The notes: generated from the letters alone by a model not told the origin. 64,000 bases of DNA from Alphaproteobacteria bacterium (GCA_965249135.1 OZ252220.1:1120001-1184000), one strand, 5' to 3'. Positions 17,010 through 25,886 are shown, numbered from the stretch's first letter. Numbers and translations: made by a program.

Positions 17010-17668
17010 CGCATCAGATTAAAAATCGTTTTAGCGGAGCCGTCATTTTCGAGGCAGTTACGGACCTGCGCAGGGCGGACCTGCGTGGGGCGGACCTGCG
17101 CGAGGCGGGCCTGCGCGAGGCGGACCTATACGGGGCGGACCTATACGGGGCGGGCCTGCGCGGGGCGGACCTATTCGATGCGGACCTGCGTTGGGCGAAC
17201 CTGCGCGAGGCGGACCTGCGCGGGACGAACCTGCGCGGGGCGGACCTGCGCGAGGCGGACCTATTCGAGGCGGACCTGCGCGGGGCGGACCTGCGCGGGG
17301 CGGACCTGCGCGAGGCGGACCTGTACAAGGCGGACCTGCGCGGGGCGGACCTGCGCGAGGCGGACCTGCGCGGGGCGGACCTGTGTGAGGCGAACCTGCG
17401 CGGGGCGGACCTGCGTGGGGCGGACCTGCGCGAACAGGGCATTTTGCAAATCAATGGCGGCCTGGCCTGGCCCATTTTAATCTGGCCAACCGAAATGACT
17501 ATCGGCCGTGAATGCCACACCCATGAAGAGTGGAGTGCGTTTTCCGACCGCAAAATTGCTGCGATAGACGGCAAGAATGCCCTGACGTTCTGGCGCGAAA
17601 ATAAGGACTGGCTTTTAGATCGCTGCCGGTGGGCCGCTACGTTCCAGAAAAAAGAGAAGGCATCATGA
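17006..17668 (+). CDS. Pentapeptide repeat protein, copy 2 (25 units)
   Basis: Tract 17060-17434; same caps as copy 1. Confidence 0.92.
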   Translation: MTHQIKNRFSGAVIFEAVTDLRRADLRGADLREAGLREADLYGADLYGAGLRGADLFDADLRWANLREADLRGTNLRGADLREADLFEADLRGADLRGADLREADLYKADLRGADLREADLRGADLCEANLRGADLRGADLREQGILQINGGLAWPILIWPTEMTIGRECHTHEEWSAFSDRKIAAIDGKNALTFWRENKDWLLDRCRWAATFQKKEKAS

Positions 17669-17766
17669 CCCGGCAGGCCATCCAGGAGGCCCGTTCCGCC
17701 GGGGACACCTTCTGTGAAAACCAGGAACGCTCACAAACCGCCTTCCGCCAGGCAGGTGTGCGGTGA
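17665..17766 (+). CDS. 33-aa linker ORF 2
   Basis: Same peptide as linker 1 (one synonymous change), same overlaps. Confidence 0.45.
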   Translation: MTRQAIQEARSAGDTFCENQERSQTAFRQAGVR

Positions 17767-18362
17767 CGCATCAGATTAAAAATCGTTTTAGCGGAGCCGT
17801 CATTTTCGAGGCAGTTACGGACCTGCGCGAGGCGGACCTGTGTGGGGCGGACCTGAGCGAGGCGGACCTATACGGGACGGACCTGAGCGAGGCGGACCTG
17901 CGCGGGGCGGACCTGCGTGGGGCGGACCTATACGGGGCGAACCTGCACGGGGCGGACCTGAGCGAGGCGAACCTGCGCGGGGCGATTCTGCGCGAGGCGG
18001 ACCTGCGCGGGGCGAACCTGCACGGGGCGGACCTGCGCGGGGCGGACCTATATGGGGCGGACCTGAGCGGGGCGGACCTGCGTGGGGCGGACCTGCGCGG
18101 GGCGAATCTGCACGGGGCGGACCTGAGCGAACAGGGCATTTTGCAAATTAATGGCTTGGCCTGGCCTGTTTTAATCGGGCCAACCAAAATGGCTATCGGC
18201 CGTGAATGCCACGCCCATGAAGAGTGGAGTGCGTTTTCCGACCGCAAAATTGTTGAGATAGACGGCAAGAATGCCCTGACGTTCTGGCACAAAAATAAGG
18301 ACTGGCTTTTAGATCGCTGCCGGTGGGCCGCTACGTTCCAGAAAAAAGAGAAGGCATCATGA
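17763..18362 (+). CDS. Pentapeptide repeat protein, copy 3 (21 units)
   Basis: Tract 17817-18131; diverged C-terminal domain. Confidence 0.92.
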   Translation: MTHQIKNRFSGAVIFEAVTDLREADLCGADLSEADLYGTDLSEADLRGADLRGADLYGANLHGADLSEANLRGAILREADLRGANLHGADLRGADLYGADLSGADLRGADLRGANLHGADLSEQGILQINGLAWPVLIGPTKMAIGRECHAHEEWSAFSDRKIVEIDGKNALTFWHKNKDWLLDRCRWAATFQKKEKAS

Positions 18363-18625
18363 CCCGCGCCCTTGCCCGTACCGGAGATCCCATTACCTCC
18401 CATGCGGCGGCGGATTTCGTCACGCCACATCTGACCAACCTTGAGCAGAAGGTTCTCCAGGCGTTAGAGGATTCGCGTTACGGGCTCACCACAAAACAAA
18501 TTGCCGAAAAGACCGGGATTGACCGGGTCACAGTAAGCCCACGGATGAAGCCCCTTAAGAATAAAGGCTTGGTTGTTCGTACCGAATCCCGGCGCGACGG
18601 CTCGCAGGTATGGAGGGCGGCGTGA
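18359..18625 (+). CDS. Winged-helix DNA-binding phage protein
   Basis: [14 protein letters not shown]-motif, [28 protein letters not shown]. Confidence 0.8.
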   Translation: MTRALARTGDPITSHAAADFVTPHLTNLEQKVLQALEDSRYGLTTKQIAEKTGIDRVTVSPRMKPLKNKGLVVRTESRRDGSQVWRAA

Positions 18626-18729
18626 CCGCCTTCTGGCTCACCTTCTTGGAATGGGCCGGGAAGCTTTGCTTCGCCGTGGCGGTGATGTTGGTCGGGGCAA
18701 TCTTCGCAATGGCATGGATGGGGTCGTGA
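18622..18729 (+). CDS. Small membrane peptide (35 aa)
   Basis: GTGA overlap, GGAGG SD, hydrophobic CFAVAVMLVGAIFAMAW. Confidence 0.45.
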   Translation: MTAFWLTFLEWAGKLCFAVAVMLVGAIFAMAWMGS

Positions 18730-18730
18730 G

Positions 18731-18976
18731 ATGACCGGCGGGCCGCAATTCATCAAGGATCCGCTGGTTATCATATATCGGACTGAACCGAAGGGCCCCA
18801 TCGTAACGAATATCGTGAAGTCTGATCTCGACCATTGCGGTTTCGGGCTTCTGATCGCGGACCTGATTCGTCATGCCGCTGCCGCCTACGGCGTGAGCGG
18901 GGAAGATGTCGTGGATTGGGTGAACCGGGAAATGAACGCCCCGACTACGAAGCTTGAAGGAGGGACGCGGCAATGA
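18731..18976 (+). CDS. Phage hypothetical protein
   Basis: 81 aa, FGLLIADLIRHAAAAYG; coupled in operon. Confidence 0.6.
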   Translation: MTGGPQFIKDPLVIIYRTEPKGPIVTNIVKSDLDHCGFGLLIADLIRHAAAAYGVSGEDVVDWVNREMNAPTTKLEGGTRQ

Positions 18977-19263
18977 CCGCACTCGCCCGTGACGCGCAAG
19001 ATTACTGGTCGCTCTGTTGGACGGCTTGGAATGGTCCGCCGCCGTGGATTCCGCTTATTGCTTTGGAGGGTGAGGGTATGAACCGGATCGACTTCGAGAC
19101 ACGCGCTTGGGAGATCCTCAACAATATCTCCACGCTGGAGAGACTTGCCGCCGCCGATCCCGAAGGCGCACGACACGTAAGAGATTGGCTGGCTGACGCG
19201 AGCGGCCGGCTTGTCTGCCTATTGGCGAAAATTGAAAGCGGCCGTTTCAGAAAGGCCGGCTAA
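18973..19263 (+). CDS. Phage hypothetical protein (alternative start 19078)
   Basis: ATGA and TAATG overlaps with neighbours. Confidence 0.55.
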   Translation: MTALARDAQDYWSLCWTAWNGPPPWIPLIALEGEGMNRIDFETRAWEILNNISTLERLAAADPEGARHVRDWLADASGRLVCLLAKIESGRFRKAG

Positions 19264-19901
19264 TGCCACATCAAATCTACCGGACAAAAGACGGCACGCG
19301 CGTCCCCTCCGTCACTACCGTGATTTCCCGTTTCAAGGAATCCGGCGGCCTCATTCATTGGGCCTGGCAAGAAGGTGTAGATGGCCGGGACTACCGGGAA
19401 ACCCGCGACAAGGCGGCGGACGCCGGCACCCTCGCGCATTTGCTCGTCGAACAATGGATCAAGGGAGATACGCCGGACATCGAAGGGCCGGAAGATGTGG
19501 TGCAAAAAGCCCAAGCCGCTTTCGGGGCGTTTCTTGAATGGGCAGGCCAAACACAACTCAAAGTCATCCATTCCGAAGTTCCCTTGATTTCTGAAAAACA
19601 CCGCTTCGGCGGATGCCTTGACGCCATGCTTATCAAAGGGAAATTGGCGATCGGCGATTGGAAGACTTCGAATCGCATCTACCAGGACCATCTGATTCAG
19701 ATTGCAGCTTACGGCGAATTGTGGAGCGAGAATTTTCCCGCTCAACCGATCGGGGGCGGCTATCACATCATCCGCTTTGCAAAAGATCATGGCGACTTCG
19801 CGCACCATTATTTCCCCGACCTTTCGGATGCGTGGCGCGCCTTTGAACTCATGCGGGAACTTTACGACATCGACAAATCATTGAAGAAGCGGGCAGCGTA
19901 A
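19263..19901 (+). CDS. PD-(D/E)XK exonuclease (recombination)
   Basis: PSVTTV, GTLAH, SEVPL, GGCLD, DWKTS, QIAAY motifs. Confidence 0.85.
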   Translation: MPHQIYRTKDGTRVPSVTTVISRFKESGGLIHWAWQEGVDGRDYRETRDKAADAGTLAHLLVEQWIKGDTPDIEGPEDVVQKAQAAFGAFLEWAGQTQLKVIHSEVPLISEKHRFGGCLDAMLIKGKLAIGDWKTSNRIYQDHLIQIAAYGELWSENFPAQPIGGGYHIIRFAKDHGDFAHHYFPDLSDAWRAFELMRELYDIDKSLKKRAA

Positions 19902-19912
19902 AGGAGAGGCCA

Positions 19913-20275
19913 ATGGTTAATGTAAACGAGAGCTTTCCGTCAGAATATCTGCGCGGGACCGATCTTAAGGATAAAGAAGCCGCCGTTAATATCTCTCATG
20001 TGGAAACACGCGATGTTGGCGGTGATCCAAAACTGGTAATTTTTTTCCAGAATAAAAAAAAGGGCGTCGTCTTGAATAAGACGAATGCCATGAACATTGC
20101 TTCCGGTTATGGACCGGAGACGGATAGCTGGATCGGTAAGAGCGTGATTTTATATCCGGCTTTGGTTGATTTCCAGGGCAAGTCTGTTTTGGCAGTCCGG
20201 ATCAGACCCAACCCAAACGGTGGGCAGCCAGAGCGGCCGCCAGTATCGGAACCGCCCGGCGACATACCGTTTTAG
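19913..20275 (+). CDS. Phage ssDNA-binding/annealing-type protein
   Basis: FPSEYL, LNKTNA, WIGK, C-terminal DIPF tail; next to the exonuclease. Confidence 0.65.
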   Translation: MVNVNESFPSEYLRGTDLKDKEAAVNISHVETRDVGGDPKLVIFFQNKKKGVVLNKTNAMNIASGYGPETDSWIGKSVILYPALVDFQGKSVLAVRIRPNPNGGQPERPPVSEPPGDIPF

Positions 20276-20283
20276 GACACACC

Positions 20284-20517
20284 ATGAGCCGCGTACAGAA
20301 TGAATTTAGTGTCACACCACCATGTATTCGCGGCATTGCACGCGGGATAACATGGCGACTCAGCCTATGGGGATAAGACGGAAACCGATTCCTGTTGGTT
20401 GTGGACAGGCAAAAAACGCGGCATTGGATACAGCGTATTCACGAGCGGCGGCAAAACCCAGGGCGCACATCGGACCGCAACGGTGTTGCTGCCGGAGGAG
20501 AAGCAGGAAAATGACTG
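20284..20517 (+). pseudogene. HNH homing-endonuclease fragments
   Basis: FSVTPPCIRGIARGITW (HTH-like) then, in another frame without a start, DSCWLWTGKKRGIGYSVF...AHR; no HNH core. Confidence 0.55.
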
Positions 20518-20792
20518 ACATCATCACCAACATAGAATTTTTACGAGTCGTCATCCTCACCGAAAAAGAGCTCGCCGGGCTCGAGGCCCTTAAGGGCGCC
20601 ACCTCCCCGGGTAGCTGGACCTGGGGCGGCTCTGAGAACGGTTACCGGGTTTATGACGCCAACGGTTTCATGGTTGCGGAAACGCCAGGCAAGACGCCAC
20701 AGGATCAGGCCAACGCGCGTTTCATGGCCGGCGCCGCTGGCGCTATTCACATCCTGATTGCTTCCCATCGCGCACTGCAGAAAGAGAAATGA
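20511..20792 (+). CDS. Ead/Ea22-like phage protein
   Basis: ATSPGSW ... ANARFMAGA pattern; ATG 20511. Confidence 0.6.
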   Translation: MTDIITNIEFLRVVILTEKELAGLEALKGATSPGSWTWGGSENGYRVYDANGFMVAETPGKTPQDQANARFMAGAAGAIHILIASHRALQKEK

Positions 20793-20882
20793 GATGGCGA
20801 AGAAGAACATCGCGGCACTGGTCGCCAGCTATCGGGAACTGCGGGAACGGGTTTTAAGGATGATAGACGGAAGAGGGCCGAG

Positions 20883-21113
20883 ATGAACTGCCTTTGGTGC
20901 GATAGGCCGTTCGAAGCGAAGACCATGGGCGGCAGGGAGAAGCGGTTCTGCTCGGATCGGTGCCGGCAGGTCTTCCACAACGCGCTCCGGCTCTGGGGCC
21001 GTGTCGCCTTTCGGGAAGGACTAGTATCCATAGAAACCCTAAAGGGCTTTATTTCAACGTGTACGTTGGCAGGAGTGGCCAAGCCGCCCTCCCCGGCCGA
21101 TGAGGCCGCCTGA
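20883..21113 (+). CDS. Zinc-finger phage protein
   Basis: CLWC..F...KRFCSDRCR. Confidence 0.7.
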   Translation: MNCLWCDRPFEAKTMGGREKRFCSDRCRQVFHNALRLWGRVAFREGLVSIETLKGFISTCTLAGVAKPPSPADEAA

Positions 21114-21415
21114 TGGGAGAAATGGCTCCAAACTACCCGCAGCGCAAGGAACCCCCTTTCAGTCCCAAGGAGATCGCCAGCCGGTGGAGCTGTACCCCCG
21201 CTCATGTAAGGAATCTAGCCGATTCCGGCAAGCTGCCTTGCTTTCGCTCCGGCCGGCTGATTAGGATACGGGCGGAGGATCTCTACGAATACGAGCGGGG
21301 GGGATGCGGGCCAAGCTCTACCGGGGAAGCTGGTACGCCGTGTGGACGGAAAACGGCCAAACCAAGCGCATCGCCCTGCGGACCAAGGATCGTGCGGTCG
21401 CCGAACAACGACTAG
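21113..21415 (+). CDS. xis: Excisionase-like HTH protein
   Basis: FSPKEIASRWSCTPAHVRNL..GKLPCFRSGRLIRI; adjacent to int. Confidence 0.75.
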   Translation: MGEMAPNYPQRKEPPFSPKEIASRWSCTPAHVRNLADSGKLPCFRSGRLIRIRAEDLYEYERGGCGPSSTGEAGTPCGRKTAKPSASPCGPRIVRSPNND

Positions 21416-22257
21416 CGGATCTGAACCGGCAATCCACCGGCCCTCTCGATTCCATCGCCGACATTTACGAGGCCTACTGCAAGGAGAAGGCGCCGGGCCT
21501 GGCCTCCTTCGAGCGCATCCCCGGCGCCTGGAAGGTGCTGAAACCTCACTTTGGATCGCTGCGGCCCGATCAGGTGACACGTCTGGCCTGCCGGAACTAC
21601 GCGAAGGCCAGAAAGTGCGCCGGCCGCAAGGACGGAACGATCCTGAAGGAGCTCTCCCTTCTCCGCGCCATCCTGCGCTGGCACGACCCGCGGACGCCGG
21701 CAGTGTTCGAGATGCCCCCGGCGCCGCCACCGCGCGATCGCCATCTCTCACGGAGAGAGTACGGGCAACTGCTTGATGCCTGCCGGGCGCCGCATGTCCG
21801 GCTCTTCGTCCTGCTGGCCCTGGCTACGGCAGCGCGCAGTATGGCCCTGCTGGAACTGACCTGGGGCCGCGTGGATTTCAAACGTGGATTGATAAATTTG
21901 GGGGGAAAACAGGGGAAGAAGAAAGGAAGGGCGACCGTCCCGATGACAGAGACGGTGCGGGGGGCCCTCGAGGAAGCCCTGAGGGCGGCGAGGACGGACT
22001 TCGTGATCGAGTACGCGGACAAGCCGATCAAGCAGATCCGGCGCGCTTTTACCGCCACTTGCAAACGGGCAGGGTTGAAGAATGTAAGCCCGCATGTGCT
22101 GCGCCACACGGCCGCCGTTTGGATGGCTGAAAGCCGGGTTCCGATGAGCGAGATTTCAGCTTTTTTAGGACATGCCGATTCGCGGATTACGGAACGGGTC
22201 TATGCCCGCTTCAGCCCAGAATATCTGAGACGGGCCGCGGCGGCGCTGGAGGGCTGA
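21304..22257 (+). CDS. int: Tyrosine recombinase / phage integrase
   Basis: TAAR (R), HVLRHT, LGH, VYAR (Y) catalytic motifs. Confidence 0.93.
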   Translation: MRAKLYRGSWYAVWTENGQTKRIALRTKDRAVAEQRLADLNRQSTGPLDSIADIYEAYCKEKAPGLASFERIPGAWKVLKPHFGSLRPDQVTRLACRNYAKARKCAGRKDGTILKELSLLRAILRWHDPRTPAVFEMPPAPPPRDRHLSRREYGQLLDACRAPHVRLFVLLALATAARSMALLELTWGRVDFKRGLINLGGKQGKKKGRATVPMTETVRGALEEALRAARTDFVIEYADKPIKQIRRAFTATCKRAGLKNVSPHVLRHTAAVWMAESRVPMSEISAFLGHADSRITERVYARFSPEYLRRAAAALEG

Positions 22258-22385
22258 AAAAAGCACCGTGCGGTGGTTCATTTGAACCATTTTTGACCGA
22301 TGTTCTTGTTTTAGACATGCCTAAACGACGCAAGGAGATGCTTAAAAAGCGTTAAATGCTGCCAGTTTTCTAGAGGAAAGTGTTG

Positions 22386-22430
22386 TTCGGGAGGCGGGGG
22401 TCGGTGGTTCGAGTCCACTCACTCCGACCA
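22386..22430 (+). other. Prophage attachment core: 3' half of tRNA-Pro(CGG)
   Basis: TTCGGGA anticodon loop, GGTTCGAGTCC T-arm, CACTCCGACCA end; 5' half absent. Confidence 0.85.
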
Positions 22431-22477
22431 ATCTCACCACCCGTCCTTGCCCCGAACGAAGGCCTTTGAGACGAGCG

Positions 22478-24676
22478 ATGAGCGTCGAGATTCTCACGCA
22501 GGCCGTGCGTCATCACGAGGCCGGCCGGCTGGAAAAGGCAGAAGCGCTTTACCGCGAGGTGCTAAAGCTAGAGCCGAACCAGCCGGACGCGCTGCGCCTG
22601 CTCGGCGTGCTGGCCCACCAAAAAGGCGGCCATGGCGCCGCCGTCGTGGCGATCGAACGGGCCATCGCCATCGCGCCCGAGGTCTCGGCCTATCACGGCA
22701 ATCTGGCAACCGCCTTGCGGGCGTTGGGACGGACGGAAGAAGCGATCCGGCATTTCGAGAAGGCCGTCGCGCAGGAGCCGGGCCTTGCCCCCCACCACTA
22801 CAACCTGGCGATCGCACTGAAGGCGGCGAAGCGCCCGGAGGAGGCGCTGCCCTGTTTCGAGAAGGCGCTTGCGCTTAAGTCGGATCACCTCGAGGCGCGA
22901 TTCGCCTATGGGAATGCGCTTCGCGAAATGGGCCGGCCCGAGAAGGCGCGGCGCCAGTACAAGAAGGCGCTCTTCTACGATCCGAAATTCGCGGAGGCCC
23001 ATCGCGCGCTCGGCGAGCTCGCTTACGAGCAGGCGGAGTGGGAGCAGGCGCTATCCCATTTCGAGCGGGCGCTTTCGCTCGACACGCCCTTTCCGGAAGC
23101 GGTCCTGATCGGCATCACCTGGGTCTTTTCGTTCCTGTCCTCGAACGCCTACCAACCGAACGTCGAGAATCTGCTGCTGAAGTGCTTCGCCTCGCCGGAC
23201 GTCGGGCATCAGAGACTCGCCCTGCTCAGCGCCGAACAGATCCGTTTCAAGTACCCACACATCTTCGATGGGGAGGCGAAGGACCCCGGCGATGCGGAGG
23301 CCTTCCTCGAGGACCCGCTACTGCGCGCCCTGCTTGCAAAAGCAATCAATGTCGATGCCGCGCTCGAGCGGCCCCTCACCCGCCTTCGCCGCTGGTTTTT
23401 TCTTGCCGGTGACGTGCCGGCGCAGGCGCTTTCCTTCCTCGCCGCGCTCGCCGAACAGGGCCTGAACAACGAATACGCATTCCTGGTGAGTCCGGAAGAG
23501 GAAGCGAAGCTGGCCGCCCTGAAAACCGAACTCGAATCCGATCTCACACCGGCCACGGACCTGACGGCCACGGATTTGGACGAAACGCTTTGCCGCAAGC
23601 TTCTTTTGTTTTCGCTTTACGCGCCTTTGCATACGCTTGCCGAGCCCGACAAGCTGAAAGGCGTTTCCTTGGATTCCTGGCCCAGCTATCTGCAGCCGAT
23701 CGTTCGGCGCACGCTTCTCGACTGGTTCGAAGAGGCGGCCATCAAGGCGAAGCTGCCGGCGCTTACACCGATCGCGGACGCCACCTCCCGCGCCGTCCGC
23801 TCCCAATATGAGGAAAACCCCTACCCGCGTTGGTTTTCCGCCGATCGCCAGCGGCGAGGGGTCCTGCCGGCGAACCTGAAATCCGCCGCCGCGAACTTCG
23901 CAAGTGCCGACGGCTCCGCAGAGCCCGACGAAATCCTGATTGCCGGCTGTGGCAGCGGCCAACAGGCGATCTTACGCGCGTTGATGCATCCGCAGGTTCA
24001 AATTACCGCTGTCGATCTGAGCCGCGCGAGCCTGGCTTACGGCGTACGCATGGCCCGCCGGCTCGGCGTCGAAAACATCGATTTCCTTCAAGCCGACCTT
24101 CTGAAACTCGACGTGTTGAAGAAGCAATTTCCACTGATCGAATGCGGCGGCGTGCTTCACCACCTGGCGGACCCTGTCGCCGGGTGGTCGGTGCTAACCG
24201 GCCTGCTTCGCCCCGGCGGCTGGATGTTTATCGGCCTCTATAGCGAGATGGCGCGCAAGGACATCGTCGAAGCCAGAAAATGGATCGCCGAGCTTGGCCT
24301 GAAACCAACGCCCGAAGACATGCGCGCGTTACGGAAACGCCTTTTCTTCGACGCGGGCGACAAGGATCTTCCGAACGTCGAGACGTTCAAACGCGGTAAC
24401 GACCTGTTCGATCTGAACGGCTGCCGCGACCTTCTCTTTCACGTCCAGGAACACCGCTTCACCCTGCCGCAGATCGGGGAGATCCTGGACCGGCTTGGGC
24501 TTCGTTTCGCCGGGTTCCACCTGGAGGACCCCAGCATCCGGCTGACCTATGGAAGGCAGTACCCGGAGGATTCGGAGATGACCAATCTCGACAATTGGGA
24601 TCGCTTCGAAACGACGTTCCCAAGCGCCTTCGTCAACATGTATCAATTTTGGTGTGAGAAACCGGCGTCGGCCTGA
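22478..24676 (+). CDS. TPR-repeat protein with class I SAM methyltransferase domain
   Basis: N-terminal TPRs; QYEENPYPRW, ILIAGCGSG, DLLFHVQEHRF. Confidence 0.88.
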   Translation: MSVEILTQAVRHHEAGRLEKAEALYREVLKLEPNQPDALRLLGVLAHQKGGHGAAVVAIERAIAIAPEVSAYHGNLATALRALGRTEEAIRHFEKAVAQEPGLAPHHYNLAIALKAAKRPEEALPCFEKALALKSDHLEARFAYGNALREMGRPEKARRQYKKALFYDPKFAEAHRALGELAYEQAEWEQALSHFERALSLDTPFPEAVLIGITWVFSFLSSNAYQPNVENLLLKCFASPDVGHQRLALLSAEQIRFKYPHIFDGEAKDPGDAEAFLEDPLLRALLAKAINVDAALERPLTRLRRWFFLAGDVPAQALSFLAALAEQGLNNEYAFLVSPEEEAKLAALKTELESDLTPATDLTATDLDETLCRKLLLFSLYAPLHTLAEPDKLKGVSLDSWPSYLQPIVRRTLLDWFEEAAIKAKLPALTPIADATSRAVRSQYEENPYPRWFSADRQRRGVLPANLKSAAANFASADGSAEPDEILIAGCGSGQQAILRALMHPQVQITAVDLSRASLAYGVRMARRLGVENIDFLQADLLKLDVLKKQFPLIECGGVLHHLADPVAGWSVLTGLLRPGGWMFIGLYSEMARKDIVEARKWIAELGLKPTPEDMRALRKRLFFDAGDKDLPNVETFKRGNDLFDLNGCRDLLFHVQEHRFTLPQIGEILDRLGLRFAGFHLEDPSIRLTYGRQYPEDSEMTNLDNWDRFETTFPSAFVNMYQFWCEKPASA

Positions 24677-25815
24677 TGGTGTTCCGCCGATTGGGCGTGC
24701 CCGGCGTTTTCCTCTGCCCCGATTTTCGCGAGTCTGCCTAAAAGGTATTCGATATCGTCGCTGCGCAGATTCTCGTACTGGGTAAGGATCCGCTCGATGA
24801 TGCGCCGGTTGTGACGCTCCCGATCGAACGTCTCGCCGTCGTATTGCGTTTCTTTCGTCACATCGACCGCGATTCGAAAGGCCGGGTAGAGATTCTCAGG
24901 GAGCCCGCTTCGCTGGTAGATTGCCTCCAGCCCCAAATACCCCTTATCGAAGATCAATTGATAGGCGTTCGGTACGGGAACACCGACCCGGATCGCCAGG
25001 CTTGCAACAAAGAAGTCCACGTCCCCCATGCAGGCGGCCCGCAGAATGATGCTGGGCGTCAGACGGTCGTTTTCGTGAAGCTGGTAGACGAGCGCTTCGG
25101 CCGATAATTCGTTGGATTCCGGCCCGAGGAGGGCAAGCGTCGCACGCTCGCGAGTCTGCATCACGAGATCGCTGGCGGCGGCCGCCGACAAATCGTGATG
25201 GGTAATCAATCATTCCCGTAGATTGTCGGTCACCAGGGTCACCAGGCGTTCCGAGATCGAGACCGGCAGCTTGACGCGCTTTACGATGGGCTCCTGGATC
25301 GCCTCGATCTCGCCAAATTGGTCGATGACCTTGTGCAGCGTGAGTTCGGAAAGTTCGGCGCCTTTGTTGCTAACCAGGTTGGCGACGACGACCTCCTCGC
25401 CCGAATCGACGAGCGCTTCCGAAACTGCCTGGGAGACGCGCTTGCGTTTCGAAATCGCGAGTTGTTTTTCGAGGCTTTGACTTTCGATGATTTCGAGGAG
25501 GTCGGCATCCGTCAGCACCTCGCTTGCCTCGAGGATGGGAAGGGCTACCGATTCCACGTCCTTCGCCAAGGTCACCGCCACGTCGTGGGGAAGGAAGGGA
25601 CACGCCTTCAGGTGCTGGGACAGTGCCTCGCGAACGCGCAGCGCCGCGTCCTGGACCAGGACGCGGAAGATCTGTTCGGCAAGCTCGCGTTCCGTATCGC
25701 TTAAGTGACCCGACCCGAACTGCGAGGCAATCTTGGCCGCCGTTTCCGCACGGACATCCGGCAAAGGATCGCTAAGAAGATGGGCAACATCTGCGTTGGT
25801 AAGCCGTTCCGCCAT
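24643..25815 (-). pseudogene. DUF2336-domain protein interrupted by an in-frame TGA (25210-25212)
   Basis: Two abutting same-frame ORFs: ...VTDNLRE*LITHHDL...; VREALS..LK....LPHDVA..LA.D...VA.PIL..S.VL motif. Confidence 0.75.
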
Positions 25816-25886
25816 GCCGTTGAGACACCGGATTAAGGTTTCAACCCCTTGAACGTATGGTTTCCCGGGAATTGTAGGCGGACTTG

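Larger units (their letters stand above)
16172..18366 (+). repeat. Tandem triplication, 757-bp period, with nested 15-bp coding repeats
   Basis: Gene starts at 16249, 17006 and 17763; near-identical flanks; tracts of GCGGACCTGCGCG(G/A)G variants. Confidence 0.95.
1..22430. mobile_element. Prophage (right part; left end outside window), podovirus-like head module with lambdoid cI/cro switch, integrated in tRNA-Pro
   Basis: Contiguous portal, capsid, terminase, replication, cI/cro, xis and int genes ending at a tRNA 3' fragment; host genes start at 22478. Confidence 0.95.

Noticed and set aside
16303-18131. CRISPR-like appearance of the 15-bp repeats
   Set aside because: Repeats are contiguous, have no unique spacers, are in-frame coding, and no cas operon is present
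16249-18362. Diversity-generating retroelement explanation for the variable paralogs
   Set aside because: No reverse transcriptase or non-coding template repeat in the window; differences include C/T and G/C changes and whole-module swaps rather than adenine-only changes
16257-18430. Long alternative-frame ORFs (RRSAP, RTCAG, GGPAR, QVRPA repeats)
   Set aside because: Stop-free frames are an automatic result of the GC-rich 15-bp repeat
19263-19901. Cas4-like nuclease as CRISPR evidence
   Set aside because: Sits beside an ssDNA-binding gene in a phage recombination module; no array
22386-22430. Functional tRNA-Pro gene
   Set aside because: The 5' acceptor strand, D-arm and 5' anticodon stem are missing; it is an att duplicate
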